DNA of 64,000 nt from the NCBI GenBank assembly GCA_963827955.1, contig CAWHDJ010000018.1, forward strand, positions 989,297 through 1,053,296, written 5' to 3'. The stretch comes from an uncultured delta proteobacterium (GTDB lineage: Bacteria; Myxococcota_A; Polyangia; Polyangiales; Polyangiaceae). Position numbers and translations under genes: made by a program. Below the pieces are notes generated by a model. The model did not search any database, had not been told where the DNA came from, and worked only from the letters and a program-made list of their open reading frames with translations. Positions 62,405-64,000 of the stretch are shown here, piece by piece. Within the stretch, counting starts at the first letter, position 1; every line of letters begins with the position of its first letter.

Positions 62405-62725
62405 ATGAAGTCCACGCAGACGTGCCCCAAGTGTGCCGGCCGAAAGTTCGCGACGATCGACGAATTTCAGATCCCCGATCTACGGGATCGTGCCGAGCGC
62501 GCGGCGCATGGAGTTCCAGCCGTCACCATCGAATCGAAGCCGGACCGATGGGGGAAAACGAGCGCTACAACGGTCGGATCCCTCGAGCAGTGGATCTGCA
62601 TGGGATGTGGCTACACCGAATTTTACACGCGCGACCTCGAAATGGTCGCGGAAGCCGCCCGGCAGTTTCCCCACCGCGTGCGCGTTGTGGATGCCGGGCC
62701 GCACAAGCAGGGCCCGTTCCGCTGA
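62405..62725 (+). CDS. small Zn-ribbon protein, paralog 2
   Basis: 'CPKCAGRKF...CMGCGYTEFY', with the C-terminus '..VVDAGPHKQGPFR' matching '..IVDAEPRRQGPYR'. Confidence 0.55.
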   Translation: MKSTQTCPKCAGRKFATIDEFQIPDLRDRAERAAHGVPAVTIESKPDRWGKTSATTVGSLEQWICMGCGYTEFYTRDLEMVAEAARQFPHRVRVVDAGPHKQGPFR

Positions 62726-62849
62726 CGCGCGCATGTCGGTGTGATGTGGCGCTGCGTGCCCGGGGTTAAGGAACGAGTATCGACGATGCAGCGCTCACGC
62801 ACCCTCCCAGCGACGTCCGTCAGCCTCGACTCTCGCGCCCCTCTTGCAG

Positions 62850-62900
62850 GGGCCCAGGCCCAGGGTGCTGGGACTTCGACACGAATGCCGCGTGCATGTG
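62850..62900 (+). repeat. ~50-bp remnant matching the 3' end of the Gly-rich lipoprotein genes (encodes '...QGCWDFDTNAACM*'). Vestige of a third module copy.
   Basis: Nucleotides 62862-62900 align with 62253-62298 and 59833-59873. Confidence 0.5.
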
Positions 62901-63174
62901 ACGGCGCTCCGGACCAGCCACCCGCGCGGACGCAAGGACGTCGATTTCGTGCGCACTTCATCAAGTCGACGGACACCGGGAGGGGCCCTACCTGCGGTTG
63001 TCAAACACCTTCCACACCCAAATACCGGACACCCGTGTCGCCTGACGCGGGTGGCGTGAGATCACCGCGGGCTGCCTGACGCCGTCCATCCCAAGGGGGC
63101 CGGTGTGTATGCCCCTCGCCGCCGGGTGTGGGGCGTTGGGTCGGCGGCGGTGATCTCACACCTCGCGCTGCCGA

Positions 63175-64000
63175 TCAGCTCAGCGGCACGACGTGGGCAA
63201 CGATGGTGCGCACAGCCTCCTGGCGTTCGCGGTAGGGCACGCGGTGCGTCGCGTGGACGCGGCGGGCAACGGCGTCGAGGAGGGGCGCGGGGGCGTCCTT
63301 CGCGTGGGTGTTAATCTCGTCGGCGATGGCGAGCAGCCAGAGGAGCCGGTCGATGCGGCGATCGGCGGCCAGGGCGAGATCGACGAAGCGGAGCACGCGT
63401 TCGCGGACGTCGGGCACGTCGGCGCGAGCGGCGTCTCGCGCGCGGACGAGCGGCGCGAGCATGTGGTCGCGGGCGTGGAGACGGGCGCGGAGCAGGTCCT
63501 CGGCGATGGCGATGCCTTCGCGCTCGTCACCGAGGCTGCGGACAATGCCGAGCAGGTAACGGGCGTCGACACCGGGAGGCAACGTGCCGGCACGACGCTT
63601 GCCAGTGAAGATGGCGAGGCCATCTACGATGACGTCAAGCGGGTAGCGTGCGATCGCAAGGCGGAGATGTTCTTCCGGGTCGAGCAGGGCGAGGCGCTGG
63701 AAGGCTTCGTCGAGAAGCGTGCGGACGCGGGGGTCCTGACGCGCACTCGCGGTGCTGCGCGCCAGCTCCTGCTTCTTGCGACGCTCCTCGAGCGCGGCGC
63801 GGGCGGCATCGATCTGCTCGGCGGTGACGGGCTCGTTGTAGAGCTCGACACGGGAGCGCCCGCCGCGATCAGCGCGGGGCCGGTGGTTGAGCGTGCGCGC
63901 CCAGGTCTGAGCGACGAGCTTGAGGGCCTGGGCGGCAAGCTTATGCGGGGTCGTGCCGCGTAGGTCGAGCGCGGGTACTGCCTGCCGAAAGAGGCCAAAT
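63175..64000 (-). CDS. hypothetical protein, 5'-partial (open to the window edge)
   Basis: The minus-strand frame is open and protein-like from 64000 down to the stop at 63175 ('...ELYNEPVTAEQIDAARAALEERRKKQELARS...'). The plus-strand ORF 63193..63963 is its antisense shadow. Confidence 0.45.
   Translation of the reverse strand, partial: FGLFRQAVPALDLRGTTPHKLAAQALKLVAQTWARTLNHRPRADRGGRSRVELYNEPVTAEQIDAARAALEERRKKQELARSTASARQDPRVRTLLDEAFQRLALLDPEEHLRLAIARYPLDVIVDGLAIFTGKRRAGTLPPGVDARYLLGIVRSLGDEREGIAIAEDLLRARLHARDHMLAPLVRARDAARADVPDVRERVLRFVDLALAADRRIDRLLWLLAIADEINTHAKDAPAPLLDAVARRVHATHRVPYRERQEAVRTIVAHVVPLS

Noticed and set aside
63193-63963. Plus-strand ORF 63193-63963 (256 aa)
   Set aside because: Val/Gly/Glu-rich antisense translation. 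The minus strand is continuously open and protein-like to the window edge.

Overview
The window is about 70% GC. Gene content (Ser/Thr kinases, PP2C phosphatase, ECF sigma factors, a PEGA-domain protein, Cys-rich and Gly-rich repeat lipoproteins) points to a myxobacterium-like Deltaproteobacterium; this is inference, not a database hit. It falls into three parts.

1. Positions 1 to 4.5 kb: a short minus-strand operon with ATGA-overlapping genes. It holds two paralogous 'DLW...FVRG...RWRRQT' proteins and an N-terminally truncated PAPS-reductase-family gene. A CPA-type cation/proton antiporter follows on the plus strand (4707..5957).

2. Positions 6.07 to 36.4 kb: one long minus-strand, translationally coupled gene train that looks like an integrated mobile element. 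In order from the recombinase end it carries:
- a large serine recombinase (frameshifted),
- a small coupled ORF,
- two PAPS-reductase/PP-loop paralogs,
- a beta-class N6/N4 DNA methyltransferase,
- a giant (~3,600 aa) protein with an NPPY amino-methyltransferase module and an SNF2-type helicase (DarB-like),
- a 1,742-aa hypothetical protein,
- a third PAPS-reductase-like gene,
- an (AAKKP)n histone-H1-like protein,
- a CHAP+SpoIID cell-wall hydrolase,
- an 810-aa protein with a YaaA/DUF328-like N-terminus.
Three copies of a conserved ~115-bp element sit immediately 5' of three of these genes. Several of the proteins begin with a shared 'ALGALLRAA'-type peptide. No capsid, terminase or portal signatures were recognised.

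3. Positions 36.5 to 64 kb: ordinary-looking chromosomal DNA. It encodes a Cys-rich lipoprotein pair, an ECF sigma/anti-sigma fusion, RHH proteins, a PP2C phosphatase, a receiver-domain protein, two Ser/Thr kinases, a sigma/anti-sigma pair, a PEGA protein, and two [Gly-rich beta-helix lipoprotein + Zn-ribbon] modules. It also contains short remnants of duplications.

Caveat: at least 11 genes on both strands show single-base frame discontinuities, several inside homopolymer runs. Indel errors in the sequence are a more economical explanation than mass pseudogenisation, so 'pseudogene' calls are provisional. All functional calls rest on motifs read by eye; no searches were run.
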